A stretch of 20,000 nt of DNA from an uncultured virus (IMG/VR IMGVR_UViG_3300042526_000595). Its lineage: Duplodnaviria; Heunggongvirae; Uroviricota; Caudoviricetes. Below the pieces are notes generated by a model. It saw only the letters and a program-made list of their open reading frames with translations, ran no database searches and had not been told where the DNA came from. A program made the translations under genes and the position numbers. Below, in pieces: positions 17,244-20,000 of the stretch; within the stretch, counting starts at the first letter, position 1; every line of letters starts with the position of its first letter. The DNA lies in IMG/VR virus record IMGVR_UViG_3300042526_000595, positions 53,870 through 73,869 of that record, one strand, 5' to 3'.

Positions 17244-18701
17244 TTATTTTAATTTACTCATTAAATCTTTCATTCTAAGGAATTGAGGATTTTCATAAGT
17301 TTTTGATTCAATTAAGTTAATCGCTGAACCTGATACCGGAGCTTTTTGAATTGCTCTTTCCATCGATTCGTTCATTGGTTGACTTGTATTAACTGAAAGT
17401 TCATCTTTAAGATTTTGATATAAATTTTTAGATTCTTTGATAGTTTCAACACCATCAAATCTTCTTAAGATATTTATTTTTTCTTGTTTAGATGTTGAGT
17501 GTTCTGTAAACAAACGAGTAGCGTAAGCTAAGTTTGAATTAAATACTGCAACCTCATTCAATTTATTTCTAAATACATTAAGAGCTTTTCTATACTCTTC
17601 ATTCTTTTCTCTAAGAATTGTTAATTCATTTGATTCTGTATTTTCAAATGTTAGATTTCTGTTAGGAGTAATTCCTTTTCTTAATCCTCTACCTGATTTA
17701 GAACCATTTCCGTATGTGTGAGCAGCTTCTTTAGTTTCTACTTTTTTAACGGACGCTTTTTTAACCGGTGCTTTTTTAATGGCTTTAAATTCACCATCAA
17801 GATTTTCACCTTCTTTGTATTCAAATTTAGCTTTACCTGTTCCAACTGATTTTGGTGCTTCTTTTTTCTTCACATCAAATCCTTTTCCTTGGTTTGGTTT
17901 AGCATCGTATTTGAATTTAGGACTTCCGATTCCAGTACCTTTAGGTTTTACAGACATTTTAGATTCCATAACAGGCTCCTCTTCGTCACCCATATCGTCA
18001 TCTTCATTCATCTCTTCTTCCTCATCGTCTTCTTCTTCGTCTTCTTCGTCCATTTCAATTTCATAAACTAATTCTTCAGACTCATCGAATTCTTCAAAAT
18101 CTTCTTCATCGTCAAAACTTTCTTCTTCGTCATCAAAAGAAAATTCCTCTTCTTCGTCGTTGTCGTTTCCAAAAATTCTTTCAACAATAGATTCGATAGA
18201 TTCATCTGATTCATCAAATTCTCCCGATTCATCAAATTCACCGTATCCATCTTCACCTTCTGTAACAATCATATATTCAGCGTCAGTTTCGTTGTCTTTA
18301 ATATTAATGTTACCAGAATCATCTTTAGTAACAACAATATTATCGTCAGGACCCATTAATTTGAATACACGCAAGATTTCTTCATCATCTTTAATGTTAG
18401 TTAGGTCGATAACATCTTCATCTTCATCATCTGAATCGTCATCGTCCATATCAAGGTTATCCATATCCATTTCATCACCTTCTTCATCGTCAGACTCTTC
18501 GTCATCCATGTCAGGTAATTCCATGTCAATGTCAGTTTCAATCTCATCTTCTTCTTGTTCAGTTAGAGATTCTTTTACTAGTTCGTTGATTTCTTCCTTC
18601 ATAGTAGAAGCAAGTATTCCTTTTGCATTTTCAGCTACCGCTTCTTCCAAATTTTTCATTTGGATGATAGCTTCTTCAACTAAAGATTTTTCTTTTGCCA
18701 T
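17244..18701 (-). CDS. gp22: prohead core scaffolding protein, gp22-like
   Basis: Position between protease and capsid genes; very acidic N-terminal half, coiled-coil C-terminus, many h-x-E sites. Confidence 0.7.
   Translation of the reverse strand: MAKEKSLVEEAIIQMKNLEEAVAENAKGILASTMKEEINELVKESLTEQEEDEIETDIDMELPDMDDEESDDEEGDEMDMDNLDMDDDDSDDEDEDVIDLTNIKDDEEILRVFKLMGPDDNIVVTKDDSGNINIKDNETDAEYMIVTEGEDGYGEFDESGEFDESDESIESIVERIFGNDNDEEEEFSFDDEEESFDDEEDFEEFDESEELVYEIEMDEEDEEEDDEEEEMNEDDDMGDEEEPVMESKMSVKPKGTGIGSPKFKYDAKPNQGKGFDVKKKEAPKSVGTGKAKFEYKEGENLDGEFKAIKKAPVKKASVKKVETKEAAHTYGNGSKSGRGLRKGITPNRNLTFENTESNELTILREKNEEYRKALNVFRNKLNEVAVFNSNLAYATRLFTEHSTSKQEKINILRRFDGVETIKESKNLYQNLKDELSVNTSQPMNESMERAIQKAPVSGSAINLIESKTYENPQFLRMKDLMSKLK
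18208..18239. repeat. 18-nt period direct repeat (GATTCATCAAATTC x2) encoding GEFDES-GEFDES in the scaffold
   Basis: Copies at 18208-18221 and 18226-18239. Confidence 0.6.
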
Positions 18702-18723
18702 TTGTTTTATGTTATTTTAATAT

Positions 18724-18798
18724 ATAAATATATGAAATTATGAAAAAAGCACATTTGTACTAATATTCATAACATCTTTTTATTTATTAATAAATATC
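18724..18798 (-). promoter_or_regulatory. two ATATTTAT motif copies upstream of the scaffold-capsid operon
   Basis: ATAAATAT on + at 18724-18731 and 18790-18797, both between the terminator and the scaffold start. Confidence 0.6.
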
Positions 18799-18815
18799 AC
18801 AAAAATGTAAAAAAC

Positions 18816-18843
18816 AAAAAAAGGAGACAAAATGTCTCCTTTT
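18816..18843 (-). terminator. intrinsic terminator after the protease and 69-aa genes
   Basis: A7-GGAGACA-aaa-TGTCTCC-T4; U7 tract on the minus strand. Confidence 0.85.
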
Positions 18844-18865
18844 AGTTTAATCAATTAAAATTTTT

Positions 18866-19075
18866 TTATTCTATAACTTCGTTAATTTTACTCTCAACGA
18901 TTGCGGTTATTCTCCACTCCATAGAATAATTTTCAAATACTTTAGTGACTTTCGCCTCTACGTCGGTGGGATTGTAACCACTAACTAATTTTTCTTCTCT
19001 TAACTTTTTAAGTTTTCCTGTTTCAGTATCTACTGAATCCAATGTAATTTTTGCGATGAAATACTTTTCGTCCAT
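18866..19075 (-). CDS. DUF4494-like small protein (single repeat unit)
   Basis: YFIAKI...ETGKLKKLREEKLVSGYNPTDVEAKV...ITAIVESKINEV resembles Bacteroidota DUF4494 (F-x-x-K-I...G-x-x-K-K-x-x-E-x-x-L-V-x-x-x-x-x-T-E-x-E-A). Confidence 0.6.
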   Translation of the reverse strand: MDEKYFIAKITLDSVDTETGKLKKLREEKLVSGYNPTDVEAKVTKVFENYSMEWRITAIVESKINEVIE

Positions 19076-19091
19076 AATGTTTAATTTTTTT

Positions 19092-19817
19092 TTAGTATCC
19101 TAAATAATCGTTTAATTTTTTCATTAAGTCAAGCGATTTGTTTCCAGATTCGCCAACTTGTCTTTCTACTTTCATTTTTTTCTCTTCTTCCAAATTCTCA
19201 TCAAAATTAAACCTATCATCAGGATTTTGAAAAAGGTATGCTCCTGGTGTTGATGGTGATGAAACTAAGTCAAAACAGATTAATTCAAAATCATCTTGTA
19301 CTTCATTTTGTTCACCCACTTTTTTAAGAGACCCCACACCTCTTGAAGATATACCCAATGTAACACCTTGTCTAAGATAGTTTGCCGCCAAATCACCTTT
19401 GGTTGATACAATCCCTCTTTCGTGGAAACCAGGAGATGTTAATAGTTTTATTTTACCCATTAAAACGGGTCCTTCCCACCATATCTCTGTAATTGCGTGA
19501 GATACTCTATCTAAATCAATTAACGATGATTCAGGATGATTTAATTCTGAAAGGGCTGTTCCTTTGTTAATCATCTTTTTATAATTCTCGGCCTCTCTTT
19601 TTAAGATTCTCTCAGGATACAATCTACCATTTCTATTTGGTGTATTATATTTTTGTAGAACCGCATAAAATTCAAAAGGTTTTGAATGGTCTAAATCTTC
19701 TTTAGACTCTTTAATCATCGCAGCATTTTTCTTATCTGTTGGGGAAATAAATCCGGCATCTTCCTCAATTAATATCCCTCTCCCTATTTCATTTGGTTTT
19801 AAAATTGTTAAATTCAT
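19092..19817 (-). CDS. gp21: prohead core protease, T4 gp21 family
   Basis: NRNGRLYP, ELNHP, GISSRGVGS, FDLVSSPSTPGA motifs. Confidence 0.93.
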   Translation of the reverse strand: MNLTILKPNEIGRGILIEEDAGFISPTDKKNAAMIKESKEDLDHSKPFEFYAVLQKYNTPNRNGRLYPERILKREAENYKKMINKGTALSELNHPESSLIDLDRVSHAITEIWWEGPVLMGKIKLLTSPGFHERGIVSTKGDLAANYLRQGVTLGISSRGVGSLKKVGEQNEVQDDFELICFDLVSSPSTPGAYLFQNPDDRFNFDENLEEEKKMKVERQVGESGNKSLDLMKKLNDYLGY

Positions 19818-19828
19818 TTTGAATGTTT

Positions 19829-19841
19829 TATTTATAAATAT
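19829..19841 (-). promoter_or_regulatory. ATATTTAT motif overlapping palindrome TATTTATAAATA upstream of the protease
   Basis: Core 19834-19841, 16 nt before the ATG at 19817. Confidence 0.6.
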
Positions 19842-19999
19842 TAAACATTCTCAATTTGTACTGGTTCCTCTGACGATTTGATTTTTTTTGTTAGATAAAA
19901 TTTAAAATTTTCATTTTCTAAAAAGTTATCTAAAAAGATTTGGTTAATAATTTCTTTTAACGAATTTTTAATTTCGTCGGATTTAAAGTCCATATCAGT
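19841..19999 (-). CDS. 3' end of a hypothetical protein entering from beyond the window (not in ORF track)
   Basis: Open frame TDMDFKSDEIKNSLKEIINQIFLDNFLENENFKFYLTKKIKSSEEPVQIENV* ending in TAA at 19843-19841. Confidence 0.7.
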   Translation of the reverse strand, partial: TDMDFKSDEIKNSLKEIINQIFLDNFLENENFKFYLTKKIKSSEEPVQIENV

Positions 20000-20000
20000 T

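Noticed and set aside
17779..18720. Plus-strand Ser-rich ORFs (95, 60 and 186 aa)
   Set aside because: Antisense shadows of the GAA/GAT-rich scaffold gene.
1..20000. Stop-codon reassignment, as in some large phages
   Set aside because: Code 11 gives intact full-length genes with tight packing; TAG (10281) and TGA (7556) both act as stops at sensible junctions.
1..20000. CRISPR array, tRNA or structured ncRNA
   Set aside because: No spaced direct repeats or cloverleaf seen; the largest gaps (15213-15345, 18702-18865) are explained by terminators and promoter motifs.

Overview
AT-rich, densely coding segment of a large T4-like (gp21/gp22/gp23) tailed phage, read in standard code 11. The host is probably Bacteroidota: there are TAnnTTTG promoter boxes, a DUF4494-like gene and no obvious Shine-Dalgarno sites. 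The left half (+ strand) has a degenerate NT5C/HAD-like gene, GT4 and GT2 glycosyltransferases, a gp55-like sigma factor, then a baseplate/tail block including a gp5/gpV-like spike. The right half (- strand) has the prohead protease, a DUF4494-like gene, an acidic scaffold and the major capsid protein with a large insertion. Between them (about 9.9-15.2 kb) is an accessory island: zincin fusion protein, secreted archaemetzincin-like protease, L,D-transpeptidase-domain protein and Hef-like homing endonuclease. Main observations: (1) a strand-tracking ATATTTAT motif just upstream of eight genes, the reverse complement of the T4 late promoter; (2) a zincin protein whose N-terminus mimics the capsid maturation site and whose frame continues past its stop codon; (3) a [ST]-[GA]-x-[ST] motif clustered in the capsid insertion and a small Cys-rich protein, a candidate sequon for the phage glycosyltransferases. 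All family calls come from motif recognition by eye, not database searches.
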